Part shown: positions 46,937 through 56,382 of the stretch, in pieces
Position numbering within the stretch: position 1 is the stretch's first letter
Layout: every line of letters begins with the position of its first letter
Origin: Candidatus Nealsonbacteria bacterium
GTDB taxonomy: Bacteria > Patescibacteriota > Minisyncoccia > Minisyncoccales > UBA6532
Assembly (NCBI GenBank): GCA_016186485.1
Contig: JACPLN010000008.1
Coordinates: forward strand, 8,673 to 72,672
Direction: 5' to 3'
Length of the DNA: 64,000 bases
Notes under the pieces: generated by a model
Seen by the model: only the letters and a program-made list of their open reading frames with translations
Told to the model about the DNA's origin: nothing
The model's database searches: none
Translations under genes and position numbers: made by a program

Positions 46937-47632
46937 TTATTGGGACAAAGCTTTAATGGCCAAAACTATCTCTTTTAATTTAGCGTGGAGATTCTCTGTT
47001 TCGGTTTTCAGCTCTTGGGCGATTTGGCGCGCCTCCTCCCCGATTCCTTGAGGATTCTCGCCTTCAAGAAGCGACTCGTATTTTGCCTTAAGCTCTTCCA
47101 GTTTGGCCCGGTTTTGGACGCTCATGTTCTTTGCTTCTTCAATGAGCGGCGTTACGGAAGAAACGTCAATGCCCTTCTCCTGGAGTTTTTGCGTTCTTGA
47201 TTCCAATCGGCCCAGAATATGGTCAAAACGGGCTGCCGCCGATCTGAAACGGTTCAACATTCTTAAACCCTTTCCGTGAGCTGCCGCAATGCGGGCTCTT
47301 TCTTTTACGTCCTTAATCTTTTCTCTAAAACCGGTCCTCAACTCCTGCGCTTTTTCTTTAACATTTTGGCGAAGCTCTTCGGCTCCTTTGCGCAAATCTT
47401 CTCTTTTATTCTGTAATTCCTTTTGTATATTCTGTTTTTGTTCTGGAGTTGCGCTCTTGCTCTTTATATTCTGCAAAAGCGATTGGGATTCTTGTTTCAG
47501 CGTTTCCCTTTGGGTCTGCAGTTGGGTTTTTAAATTCTGTCTCAGGATTTTAACATTCGTTTCTTGCGCCAAAACGACAGAAAAAGACATTAAGAATCCC
47601 AGCGTAATTGCTGCAAAAATTTTTCTCTGCAT
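46937..47632 (-). CDS. Secreted coiled-coil protein
   Basis: Signal peptide (VLA-Q); K/E/Q-rich heptads. Confidence 0.75.
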   Translation of the reverse strand: MQRKIFAAITLGFLMSFSVVLAQETNVKILRQNLKTQLQTQRETLKQESQSLLQNIKSKSATPEQKQNIQKELQNKREDLRKGAEELRQNVKEKAQELRTGFREKIKDVKERARIAAAHGKGLRMLNRFRSAAARFDHILGRLESRTQKLQEKGIDVSSVTPLIEEAKNMSVQNRAKLEELKAKYESLLEGENPQGIGEEARQIAQELKTETENLHAKLKEIVLAIKALSQ

Positions 47633-47704
47633 AAATCCTCTCGGGTTAATTACTAATTATTTTTGGATATCGACCTTTCCCTTATTTTATTTTATCAAAA
47701 TAAT

Positions 47705-48160
47705 TTAGGGCTGGAAAAGCTCTTCCGGCAAAAACCTGACTTGTTGGACTTCCGGAAATTGCTTTGCCGTGGCCTCTATTTGAAACCAAAGAATGCCAAC
47801 CCTGCAGGCTCCCCCAACGGTTTTATTCTTAGGGTCTTCAAATTCCAGAGTTAAGAAGCCGTCTTTTAACGAGGCGCCTTTTAGGGAGACCCCCTCTAAA
47901 TCGGCGAGTCCGCTCGAAAGCAAAAGTTTAACGGTGTCTTGAATCGGAGTTTGGGTGGTTGGAATTTTCCTCTCCACCGGCACCAGACCCTTACGGCTGC
48001 AAAGGATATTTCCATTTTCGTCTTTGTCCAACTCCTGGCTATAGTAGTATAGTTTTATTTCCCGCGAGGGCCGGCTAGCGGATTGAAAAACAAAATAGCC
48101 GGCCACGACCGCGGCCGTCATTACAATCGCAGTGATTACTTTTTTGTAATTTGTTTCCAC
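47705..48160 (-). CDS. GerMN (sporulation/germination-like) domain protein
   Basis: LVPVERKIP, LLL, GGACRV..L..QIEATAKQFPEV..V; start taken at GTG 48160. Confidence 0.8.
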   Translation of the reverse strand: METNYKKVITAIVMTAAVVAGYFVFQSASRPSREIKLYYYSQELDKDENGNILCSRKGLVPVERKIPTTQTPIQDTVKLLLSSGLADLEGVSLKGASLKDGFLTLEFEDPKNKTVGGACRVGILWFQIEATAKQFPEVQQVRFLPEELFQP

Positions 48161-48315
48161 AGCCAGATTGCAACTAAAATTCCTACAATCAGCCAGACAA
48201 CATAAATGGATGTAATCAACCAAGAAGCAAATCCTCCCTGCCCCATTCCCATCATATTGCTTCCCCACATCTGCATCATCTGCCGCATCGTATCTGTTGA
48301 AAATACATTTTCCAT
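48136..48315 (-). CDS. Small Met/Gly-rich single-TM protein (59 aa, absent from ORF track)
   Basis: MENVFSTDTMRQMMQMWGSNMMGMGQGGFASWLITSIYVVWLIVGILVAIWLWKQITKK. Confidence 0.7.
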   Translation of the reverse strand: MENVFSTDTMRQMMQMWGSNMMGMGQGGFASWLITSIYVVWLIVGILVAIWLWKQITKK

Positions 48316-48443
48316 ATATTATATGCTACCAAAAAATCGCCCGGCCCGTAAGGCATAGGGCGATTTTTCGCTGGACGGAAACCTATTTGGTGAAATAAAA
48401 AGAGGAGAAACCTCAGGGTACTCCTCTATTAACTTTTATAGCT

Positions 48444-49004
48444 CTAATGCCAAGGACTCTCCCAGTCGTAAGCCTCCTTAAGGCGCCCTAAACATCTCAG
48501 CTGAAGATATTTATAGGTCTTTTCGCCGCAAATCTCTCTTACAACAGAAAGAAAGACTAAACGCTTATCTTTACTGATCCTGCTCCCCTTTTCCGTGACA
48601 AGCTTGTCAAGTATACCCTGAAGAATTTCTACCGTTGGACGCCGGCTGACCAGAAAAAATCTCAATACTTGTGCTTGGTCTTGGATATTCATGTAGCCTT
48701 CGCTATCCCATATAGCAACGATGTCGGCCGAATTGAGCTCGCGAGATGTTAGTGTCGATATGGCTAATTTATAAAGCCTGCCGTTAATACCACCTCGTTG
48801 AAGGAAAATAAGCAAATCGTGTATTGCGAAGCGATGCGGTTGATCTTCAAGGAGATTCGCCAGTAATAGATTAAGTTCTCTGCATTGTCGTGGCGTCACG
48901 CCATCTATCGCATACTGGTATTGCCTAGTGTTCCACTTCTTTATTAGTTGTTTAAGTTCTATATCTGCAATATCCTTGGACTGTGTATTCATTTCTATTC
49001 GCAC
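48444..49004 (-). CDS. Hypothetical protein
   Basis: 186-aa ORF followed by hairpin/U-tract. Confidence 0.55.
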   Translation of the reverse strand: MRIEMNTQSKDIADIELKQLIKKWNTRQYQYAIDGVTPRQCRELNLLLANLLEDQPHRFAIHDLLIFLQRGGINGRLYKLAISTLTSRELNSADIVAIWDSEGYMNIQDQAQVLRFFLVSRRPTVEILQGILDKLVTEKGSRISKDKRLVFLSVVREICGEKTYKYLQLRCLGRLKEAYDWESPWH

Positions 49005-49071
49005 CTTTCAAATGAAACTACCATAGTCTATAAAAACTGTAAACCCCCAGGTTGTGGCCCCGCCTACGAGA

Positions 49072-49093
49072 CCCTGCCTACCGGTAGGCAGGG
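49072..49093. repeat. Perfect 22-bp palindrome
   Basis: CCCTGCCTACCGGTAGGCAGGG; degenerate relative GCCTGCCGGCCAGGC at 34841-34855. Confidence 0.75.
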
Positions 49094-49096
49094 ATA

Positions 49097-50071
49097 TTAT
49101 AATCTGATTTCTTTCTCCAGCCAATCAATGTGTTGAGTTTTGCGTTTCCAGAAAATATCTTCCCAGATGTAGTGAGAAGCTAATTTCTCCCAATCCGCAT
49201 ATCGTTTTTTGAGGAAAAAAAGAATTTTGTTGACCGAAACGAGTTTCTTCTTAAATAACAGTCTTGAAAATATCTTTTGCTCCCATGGCGGAATTGTTTC
49301 TAAGGTACCGCAATGGTAGAAGTCATCGAAAAGAAGATATTCTACGGACGCCTTGCCAATTCCATAAAGTTTTAGGGCTTCTTTTTTCGCTTCATCTCTG
49401 GGCAATTTTCTTAACCGATATTCGTCTATTTCGCCGCTCGCGAACTGTTCCGAAATTCGCTTAAGAAACTTTGCGCGATAACCCAGTTTAAGCTTTCTCA
49501 AAACATCTTCGCTTACCCTCGCTATCGCTCGCGGTTTCCAAAATGCGGAAAGTATTTTGCCATCAAATTTCACCCTTTTGCCAAATCGCTTAAAAAGATT
49601 TTCTAACATCTGATGCGTTCGCCTTACCGTCGCATTTTGCAAAACTATGTAAATAATAAGCGTCTCGTAAAGAGAGTTAGCAGCTACTGGCTTCATACCC
49701 TTCCATTTTTTGATGAAAGGCGCCAGAACCCTGTCCTTTTTAAAGCGATTAATAAAATCGGCTATATCGTTCTCTGTATTAAAACGATATTTTATCTCTG
49801 GAATAAGCTTCTTAATAAATTCTTTATTGAGAGCCCTTTCTGAAAACACGCTTATTCTGATTTTAGGCCTATTGATAGTTCCGTCGTTTTCTAACTTAAA
49901 TCCCAATACTTTGCCGCCCCAAATCACTGTGATCCAATACTTTCCCTTCATCCATTCGTTGTCTGAAGATGGAAAATGAGACGGTTTGTGTATGGTTGCG
50001 TCAAAATTATATGGTGGTTTGGGCTGTAGGCTAAATGATGTTTTCGAATTTAGATTTAAAACTTTAGTCAT
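49097..50071 (-). CDS. HhH-GPD DNA glycosylase-like protein (AlkA/Ogg-like)
   Basis: YETLI..IVLQN, LRKLKLGYRAK, LKLYGIGKASV; start taken as MTKVL. Confidence 0.8.
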   Translation of the reverse strand: MTKVLNLNSKTSFSLQPKPPYNFDATIHKPSHFPSSDNEWMKGKYWITVIWGGKVLGFKLENDGTINRPKIRISVFSERALNKEFIKKLIPEIKYRFNTENDIADFINRFKKDRVLAPFIKKWKGMKPVAANSLYETLIIYIVLQNATVRRTHQMLENLFKRFGKRVKFDGKILSAFWKPRAIARVSEDVLRKLKLGYRAKFLKRISEQFASGEIDEYRLRKLPRDEAKKEALKLYGIGKASVEYLLFDDFYHCGTLETIPPWEQKIFSRLLFKKKLVSVNKILFFLKKRYADWEKLASHYIWEDIFWKRKTQHIDWLEKEIRL

Positions 50072-50238
50072 ATTTAATTCAGCATCCAACTTATCCGCAT
50101 TTAATAATCTTATCAAAAAACATCGCCCGCGGCGATGCTTATCCAATTTTGCTCCGGGCGCTGGACTATTTTTGGAAATAAAAAAAGCGGGTTGAAGTTA
50201 TCGCACCGCATTTATTTTTTGTTGAAACTAGCGCATCT

Positions 50239-50508
50239 TCACTCGGGCTTGCCTTCGGGCATGAATTTCTCGGGACCTCCGGGGGGCAAATCTACCGGTT
50301 CAGTGTACTTGACAGCCCCGCGTTGTACAACTTTGAGATCCGGCGCATCGAAAGTTTTAGACTCTGGCAGTTTACCGTCTTTTTCAACCATTGGTTGAAC
50401 ACTTATCCGGTCACAACCATTTAGATATCGATGAAGTGCCACCGCGATGCCTTTAAATCCTGAAACCCGGTCCTTCACCAGATCACCAAGTTTCGCTTTG
50501 TGATTCAT
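50239..50508 (-). CDS. Hypothetical protein (phage-like, SH3/KOW-like start)
   Basis: LGDLVKDRVSGFKGIA..YLNGC; AGGAGGTG SD upstream. Confidence 0.65.
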   Translation of the reverse strand: MNHKAKLGDLVKDRVSGFKGIAVALHRYLNGCDRISVQPMVEKDGKLPESKTFDAPDLKVVQRGAVKYTEPVDLPPGGPEKFMPEGKPE

Positions 50509-50716
50509 TCTTTCATTTCACCTCCTTTCCTAAATAAGTTATCACACGTATAAAAAATTGTCAATCCCCATGGTTACATTCTACTCCGAAATGCAACACG
50601 AAACAGGAATTGTTTAATTAACCATTTCTTTACTGACTCCGGACGTTGGACTATTTTCGGGAAACAAAAAGAGGAAGAACCTTATGGTTTCTTACCTTCT
50701 TATTTTAAGAGACGGT

Positions 50717-51058
50717 TTACCTTGCAGAAAGGCTAGCGGGAATCCAGATCTCCCTTCTGTTAGAACTACAAGCATCCAATACTAATAGTTTCCCTCTTAT
50801 CTTTTTAGCATAATCTTGTAAGGCCGCAGTCGGCGTTCTGCCTTCACCATAAGTGCTAATCAATAATCCATCATCCTCATCTTTTTTGGTCTCAGAATTC
50901 TTAAACTCACAGGTGAATCTATGATCCTGACTTGGAATATTTGGAAAACGCGTGATAACTAAGTCTCTTCCTATAATGTCAGCAAGCTCGCATATATTCA
51001 TCTTATTCGTCTCCCCGTCTCTAATAATGATGTTAGCATTTACATGTTTTTCTGTCAA
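50717..51058 (-). CDS. Hypothetical protein
   Basis: 113-aa ORF followed by a terminator-like hairpin. Confidence 0.55.
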   Translation of the reverse strand: MTEKHVNANIIIRDGETNKMNICELADIIGRDLVITRFPNIPSQDHRFTCEFKNSETKKDEDDGLLISTYGEGRTPTAALQDYAKKIRGKLLVLDACSSNRREIWIPASLSAR

Positions 51059-51366
51059 CTCCTACAGAACTCCATAACATGTTGGAAAACAAAACCGCCT
51101 TCTCCTTCGGTTTTATTCAGGACAGGTTGGCGATTTTTCACGGCTTGCGCTGAGTTTGTCGAAGTGCTCCCCAGTTCAACAATTAACCGACTTGTGGTGA
51201 GCCGAATCGAACCAAAGCTTATTTCTATTCTGGAGAACAGGGAGTATATGACGATGTTGAAGGAGAAACTGGCGGAAATTAAGCGGTTTTGCAGGATGCC
51301 AGCCTTAACTTCAGCAAATTAAAAAATGGCTGCCTAGGATATTCCTGACAGCCACTTATAAACATT

Positions 51367-51921
51367 TTATTTTATAGAGAGAACTGGCGTTGTGTACCAT
51401 CCAGGATGAGAGCCATCAAGACATTTAATTTCTATGCCATCGCTAACGCTCAAGTAAATTATAATACAACGAGTAAAATCAAGGGGGTTGCCATCTCGAG
51501 AAACAGTCCTTTCCCCCTTTTGGTTAGCTTCGCCAAACCGATATACCGAATTACGAGTGGTAACGATAATAGCCTTTGTGGGAATTTCTGCCATTTTTTG
51601 AATAAGGGGGTTGGGGATATTGAGAGCAAGATAAATATTAGCGAGCGATCTTCTGTTTTGCGTACCCGCATGCCCTGGCGCGTCAGCACTACCCTTAATA
51701 TCTGGATGTTGATATTGCCAATTACTTTCCCATTCCTTTTCACATTCAATCAAAACTTCGTCAACAGATTTATTGTTTTCATTTGCAAATAGAAAGATAC
51801 TTGCAATCACAATTTGACCGTCTTTAGAAAATCCTCTGTTTAAGAAGTCTTCAATTCGCCTAATCTCACCACTTGTAAAATGAGCTTCCAATTTGACTTT
51901 TATTTCGCTATCCATTACCAT
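51367..51921 (-). CDS. Hypothetical protein
   Basis: 184-aa ORF with AAGGAGG SD and a downstream GTGGCTG..CAGCCAT hairpin. Confidence 0.6.
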   Translation of the reverse strand: MVMDSEIKVKLEAHFTSGEIRRIEDFLNRGFSKDGQIVIASIFLFANENNKSVDEVLIECEKEWESNWQYQHPDIKGSADAPGHAGTQNRRSLANIYLALNIPNPLIQKMAEIPTKAIIVTTRNSVYRFGEANQKGERTVSRDGNPLDFTRCIIIYLSVSDGIEIKCLDGSHPGWYTTPVLSIK

Positions 51922-51989
51922 CCCTCCTTTTTAAATTACTATAGCTATACTACAAAATTACAAAGCAAAAAGCAATACTATTCAAAAAA

Positions 51990-52008
51990 GTTCGAGTCCT
52001 GCCCCGGG
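51990..52008 (+). pseudogene. tRNA 3' fragment (T-loop/acceptor remnant)
   Basis: GTTCGAGTCCTGCCCCGGG resembles the tRNA-Asn 3' end GTTCGAATCCTGCCCGCGG but is on the opposite strand. Confidence 0.5.
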
Positions 52009-52068
52009 TAAGTCAAAATTCCGCCAAAATAGCGGAATTTTTAAGCTAAAGTTAGACTAAAATGGTTG

Positions 52069-52140
52069 CTCCGCGGGCAGGATTCGAACCTGCAACCTAG
52101 TGCTTAACAGGCACCCGCGCTACCATTGCGCCACCGCGGA
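52069..52140 (-). tRNA. tRNA-Asn(GUU)
   Basis: TCCGCGG/CCGCGGA acceptor, GTGC-CTGTTAA-GCAC, GGTTCGAATCC. Confidence 0.92.
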
Positions 52141-52144
52141 ATAA

Positions 52145-52390
52145 CTAATTTTTGCCTAAAATTCTTTTAATAAATCTTCTTCCCGCCGCAGATTTAAAAT
52201 ATTTTTCTCTTTTTCTTGCCTCAAGAATATTCAGGAATTCTTCTTTATATATTAACATCCATGGTTTGTATTTTTTAGAAAATTCTGTCTTTCCCGATTT
52301 GTGCTCTTTCATTCTTCTTGCTATATCAGTAGTACTCCCTACGTAAGTTTTTGGATATTCTATACTTTTTAGAATATAAACATAATTCAT
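52145..52390 (-). CDS. GIY-YIG nuclease
   Basis: YVYILKS...TYVGST.D..RR..EH..G...A..RE..FKS..GR. Confidence 0.93.
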   Translation of the reverse strand: MNYVYILKSIEYPKTYVGSTTDIARRMKEHKSGKTEFSKKYKPWMLIYKEEFLNILEARKREKYFKSAAGRRFIKRILGKN

Positions 52391-52397
52391 AAAAGAC

Positions 52398-52464
52398 CCC
52401 GCGCTACCCGCCTCGACTCGCTGAAGCGAGCCTTCGGCGAGGCGGGCCATTGCGCCACCGCGGA
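52398..52464 (-). pseudogene. Duplicated 5' 27 nt of tRNA-Asn interrupted by a 40-bp palindrome
   Basis: TCCGCGGTGGCGCAATGG [insert 52407-52446] TAGCGCGGG; identical to the intact tRNA-Asn 5' end once the insert is removed. Confidence 0.88.
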
Positions 52465-52497
52465 ATGTATCTTATTTTACAAATTTTTAATGAAAAA

Positions 52498-53685
52498 TCA
52501 ATACCCCTTGAGCTTCTTTAGGCCGCGGTGATCCCTGATTCTGTCTAGGGCCTTGGCTTCAATTTGGCGGATTCTTTCTCTGGTCACCCCGAAAACTTGG
52601 CCCACCTCTTCCAGGGTATGGGTAATTCCGTCTTCTAGGCCAAAACGCATTGAAAGAATCTTCTGCTCTTTTGGAGTTAAGTCAAAGAGAATTTCCTTTA
52701 GTCTCCCCCTCAAAAGAGATCTTGCCGCATCAAGAGATGGAGCGGTAATTTTTTCATCCGCTATAAACTCGGCTAAAACGCTGTCTTCTTTATCCTCGCC
52801 AACCGGGGTTTCCAAAGAAACGGTTTCCTGGGAAATCTGCATAATGTGCCTAACCTTTTCTACGTCAAGCTCCATTTCTGACGCTATTTCTTCCGGAAGG
52901 GGTTCCCTGCCTAAATCCTGCAGAAGTCTTCTCCGAACCTGAGTGTATTTTGAAATTGTTTCTACCATGTGCACGGGAATCCTAATCGTTCTTGCCTGAT
53001 CTGCCAGGGCTCTGGTTATAGCTTGCCTTATCCACCAAGTGGCATAAGTAGAAAACTTATATCCCCTCCTCCAATCAAACTTTTCCACCGCCCTGAATAA
53101 TCCCAGGTTTCCTTCCTGTATTAAATCCAACAAGGTCAAATTGGGAGACCTGCCGACGTATTTCTTAGCGATAGAAACAACAAGCCTTAGGTTTGCCTGA
53201 GCAAGCTTCTTTTTCGCTTCTTCGTCGCCTTTCTCTATTTTTTTTGCAAGCTCTTTTTCTTGATCTGCGGTCAAAAATGCGGTTTTGCCGATTTCTTTCA
53301 AATACATCTGAACTGGATCCGGATGCGCTTCTGCCGGGACTTCCAAATAACGCGATGTTTCTCCAGGCTTTTTTTCAGGAGTCCCCAGAAGCTCTACCGA
53401 TTCTTTTACTTCTATCCCCCGCTTTTCCAATTCCTGATAAAGCGAGTCAAGCCCCCTGACATCGTTTTCAATATTTGGGAAAAAATAAAGAATTTCTGAA
53501 TAGGTGACAAACCCGCGAGATTCCCCTTTTTTAATCAAAGACTCTATATCGTCCAAAGAGAAAACTGGGCCCTTGCCTCGCCTGGGCCTTATCTTCTTTG
53601 CTCTTTTGGAAAACCTCCTTTTTCTAATGGGATTTGTCTTCCCTTTTTTTCTAATTTTTAGCTTCTTTTTCTTCTTTTTTGGCAT
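52498..53685 (-). CDS. rpoD: Primary sigma factor RpoD
   Basis: [52 protein letters not shown]. Confidence 0.97.
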   Translation of the reverse strand: MPKKKKKKLKIRKKGKTNPIRKRRFSKRAKKIRPRRGKGPVFSLDDIESLIKKGESRGFVTYSEILYFFPNIENDVRGLDSLYQELEKRGIEVKESVELLGTPEKKPGETSRYLEVPAEAHPDPVQMYLKEIGKTAFLTADQEKELAKKIEKGDEEAKKKLAQANLRLVVSIAKKYVGRSPNLTLLDLIQEGNLGLFRAVEKFDWRRGYKFSTYATWWIRQAITRALADQARTIRIPVHMVETISKYTQVRRRLLQDLGREPLPEEIASEMELDVEKVRHIMQISQETVSLETPVGEDKEDSVLAEFIADEKITAPSLDAARSLLRGRLKEILFDLTPKEQKILSMRFGLEDGITHTLEEVGQVFGVTRERIRQIEAKALDRIRDHRGLKKLKGY

Positions 53686-53706
53686 AATTAATTACTGTTT
53701 AGGAAG

Positions 53707-55461
53707 TCAAACTTCCCTTAATTGCAAAGAGATTTTTTGAAACTGCTCAATAAGATTGCTGACTTTGTCTTTGTCTTTTTCTTCTTCGGCTTTTTTAATA
53801 GCCTTGGCAACGTCGTCCATGGCGCTCTTTATCCCCAAAGACCTTATTTCTTTCAGAGAAGTTTGAATTTCCTCTGCGGGATCCGCATCGCTCAATTCTT
53901 CGGTTTCCGCTTTAAAGCACAAAAGACTTAGGGAGTCCTGCAAATGAGGAGGCAGGCCCGCCAGCTCCGCCTCGGGGCCATGACGCAGATGATCCAAAAT
54001 TTCCCTGGTTTTGGGGGAAAGGAAACTCAAATGTTCTTCTTGAATAAGGGAAGAACTTTCCGGAAACCTTATTATCAAAGAAATCAGGCTTTCTTCCAGC
54101 AATTCCTTTCTGGTTTTTTGGGCAATGTTTTGGGTGCCGATTTTCTCTTCAAATGCCTGGGAAAAATACTGGTTATTTTCGTCTTTTACTTTTTTAAGCT
54201 CTTCTTCTACGTCTTCGTCCCTGACTCCCAGTTTTCTAGCCAAGCTTTGAATCCAGGAAAATCTTTCAATTTGGTTGGGTATCCTTTTAATAATCGGCAG
54301 AAGGATTTGAGCAATATTCTTTTTTTCTTCAGGGACCTTGGGATTAAAGCGGGAAAAAGTGTTTTCAAAATAGAATTCCAGGATGGAACAAGAAGAGTCA
54401 ACCAAGACGCCCCATTTTTGAGGGTCTGCGGAAACAACGTCTGCCGGGTCTTTAGCTTGAGGCATGGTTATAACCCTGATATTAAAACCCGCCGCTTGGG
54501 CCAAATCTATTCCTCTTTTAGTTGCGGTGTTGCCCGCAACATCCATATCAAAAGCGGTAAAAAGATTATTCGTGTACCTGCTTAATATTTTCAACTGATT
54601 GCCTGTGAGAGCGGTTCCGGAAGTCGCCACCACGTTTGAAGAACCGGCCTGGGAAACCATTATTGCGTCAACATAACCCTCAACCAAAATTACAAAGTCC
54701 TTTTTCCTAATATCAACCTTTGCCTTGTCTAACCCGTAAAGAATCCTGCCTTTATCGTATAAAATAGCGGCCGGAGTATTGACGTACTTGGCTATTTCCT
54801 TGTTTGCCCTCTCTCCGAAAACCCTGCCGCCGAATCCAACCACCTGAGAATTTAGGTCAAAAACCGGGAACATAATCCTTGCCCTGAATCTGTCATAATG
54901 CTTTCCGGATTCATTCTTTATGGCTAGCCCGGCCTTTTCCACCTCCTCCCCCTTATAACCCTGGCCGGCCAAAAAATCGGACAAAGAACTCCATTCTTCC
55001 GGGGAATAACCCAATCTCCACTTCTTCAAACTATCTTCAGAAATCTTCCTTGATAAAAGATACTCTTTTGCTTCCTGGCCCTTGCTTCCAAAATTAAGCT
55101 GTTTTTCAAAAAACCTGCAAGCCAGCTCATTTATTTCATAAAGCCTTTGGCGCTCCGTTTTCAGTTTCGGGTCTTCCCTTTTAAGCTCTATCCCGGCTTT
55201 TTTAGCAAGCATGGAAAGCGCGTCTCCAAACTCAACTCCTTCAATCTGCATCACAAATTTAAAGATATCTCCCCCTGTTTGGCATCCAAAACAATGCCAA
55301 ATCTGCCGGCTTGGCGAAACAAAAAAAGAAGGCTTTTTTTCTGAATGGAAAGGGCAAACTGCCCTGAAATTTATCCCGGCCTTCTGAAGCTTTATATAGG
55401 CGCCCACTAGATCCACTATATCAAGCCGATTTTTAATTTCTTCTATTGGTGAGGCAAGCAT
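53707..55461 (-). CDS. dnaG: DNA primase
   Basis: CPFH..K.PSF...HCFGC, FGGR, VEGYVD, FDMD, KDPAD. Confidence 0.97.
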   Translation of the reverse strand: MLASPIEEIKNRLDIVDLVGAYIKLQKAGINFRAVCPFHSEKKPSFFVSPSRQIWHCFGCQTGGDIFKFVMQIEGVEFGDALSMLAKKAGIELKREDPKLKTERQRLYEINELACRFFEKQLNFGSKGQEAKEYLLSRKISEDSLKKWRLGYSPEEWSSLSDFLAGQGYKGEEVEKAGLAIKNESGKHYDRFRARIMFPVFDLNSQVVGFGGRVFGERANKEIAKYVNTPAAILYDKGRILYGLDKAKVDIRKKDFVILVEGYVDAIMVSQAGSSNVVATSGTALTGNQLKILSRYTNNLFTAFDMDVAGNTATKRGIDLAQAAGFNIRVITMPQAKDPADVVSADPQKWGVLVDSSCSILEFYFENTFSRFNPKVPEEKKNIAQILLPIIKRIPNQIERFSWIQSLARKLGVRDEDVEEELKKVKDENNQYFSQAFEEKIGTQNIAQKTRKELLEESLISLIIRFPESSSLIQEEHLSFLSPKTREILDHLRHGPEAELAGLPPHLQDSLSLLCFKAETEELSDADPAEEIQTSLKEIRSLGIKSAMDDVAKAIKKAEEEKDKDKVSNLIEQFQKISLQLREV

Positions 55462-55528
55462 TAATTTTGATATAGAAAATTCTAATTCAAATATAGCAAA
55501 TTTAAAAAGCGGGGACAACCCCGCAAAT

Positions 55529-56335
55529 CTATTTTATTAAACACTTTTTGCAGACTCCGCACCGCAAGTTTTCGGATTGGCCGAAGAAATCCGGCGGACA
55601 AACCATCTGCCTTTGTTCTTTTGTCAGCGTCTGCCACCAATGAACATCCGTAGGACGAAGCAAATTCCTGCCGCGCAATTCATGAGAAGGAAAAATTACC
55701 GACCCTACAGGCAAATCGGGCGGCACCTCGCCCTCTACTGTAAGATAGCATAGCCTGAATCCGTATTTTTCGTGCGTCCTTTTGGCCTCCTTCCAGTTAT
55801 CTTTATCTGCGGACAGATTAACAACTAAATTGCTGACTCCAAGCAAGGGTTCAATGAACGGAAAAGAGCGGGTGTAAATCCAAAAGAAAACTTCCGGCGA
55901 AAGCATGCAAACGTGCCTGATAAACAAAGCGTATTCCAGAGAAAATATATCCCCGGAAACGTGCCACCTGAAGCCATCTTTGCAGCGCTCTTTTGCCCAT
56001 TTGGCAAAAGCGATTGCGGCGTATCTTGCGTATGCCGGATTGCAAACAATCCTGCGGATGGAAACGCTGTTTTGGCGGTATTTCTCGTGAACGCCGCTTT
56101 CCGCCTTTTCAAGCTTGTGGACATAGCATACGCTCATGCAGGTTTCCGTGGCATAAGGACAGTCTTTTACCTGGACGATTGAAAAAGCGTTTGCCTTTGG
56201 GTTTGAAAACGGACGCCCTTTCAGAGTAATTTTGCCGTTGCCGTCAAACCAGAAAGTAAATTCAGCGCCATCTGGCATTACCAGATCCATTTTTGCTAAA
56301 GCAAATTTTGTAGACACTTTTCCACCCAATTTCAA
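55529..56335 (-). CDS. Phage GP88-like / radical-SAM-related protein
   Basis: CPYATETCMSVCY, FRWHVSGD, YTRS, NL...LSAD, C-terminal CP...CGVCKKC. Confidence 0.65.
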   Translation of the reverse strand: MKLGGKVSTKFALAKMDLVMPDGAEFTFWFDGNGKITLKGRPFSNPKANAFSIVQVKDCPYATETCMSVCYVHKLEKAESGVHEKYRQNSVSIRRIVCNPAYARYAAIAFAKWAKERCKDGFRWHVSGDIFSLEYALFIRHVCMLSPEVFFWIYTRSFPFIEPLLGVSNLVVNLSADKDNWKEAKRTHEKYGFRLCYLTVEGEVPPDLPVGSVIFPSHELRGRNLLRPTDVHWWQTLTKEQRQMVCPPDFFGQSENLRCGVCKKCLIK

Positions 56336-56382
56336 GGAGCCAAACCAAGAGTATCACGGATTTATATACCGGTCAACCATTT

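Noticed and set aside
51044..51322. 92-aa plus-strand ORF
   Set aside because: No recognisable motif, overlaps a neighbouring start and opposes the local gene orientation; may be a gene remnant but is unsupported
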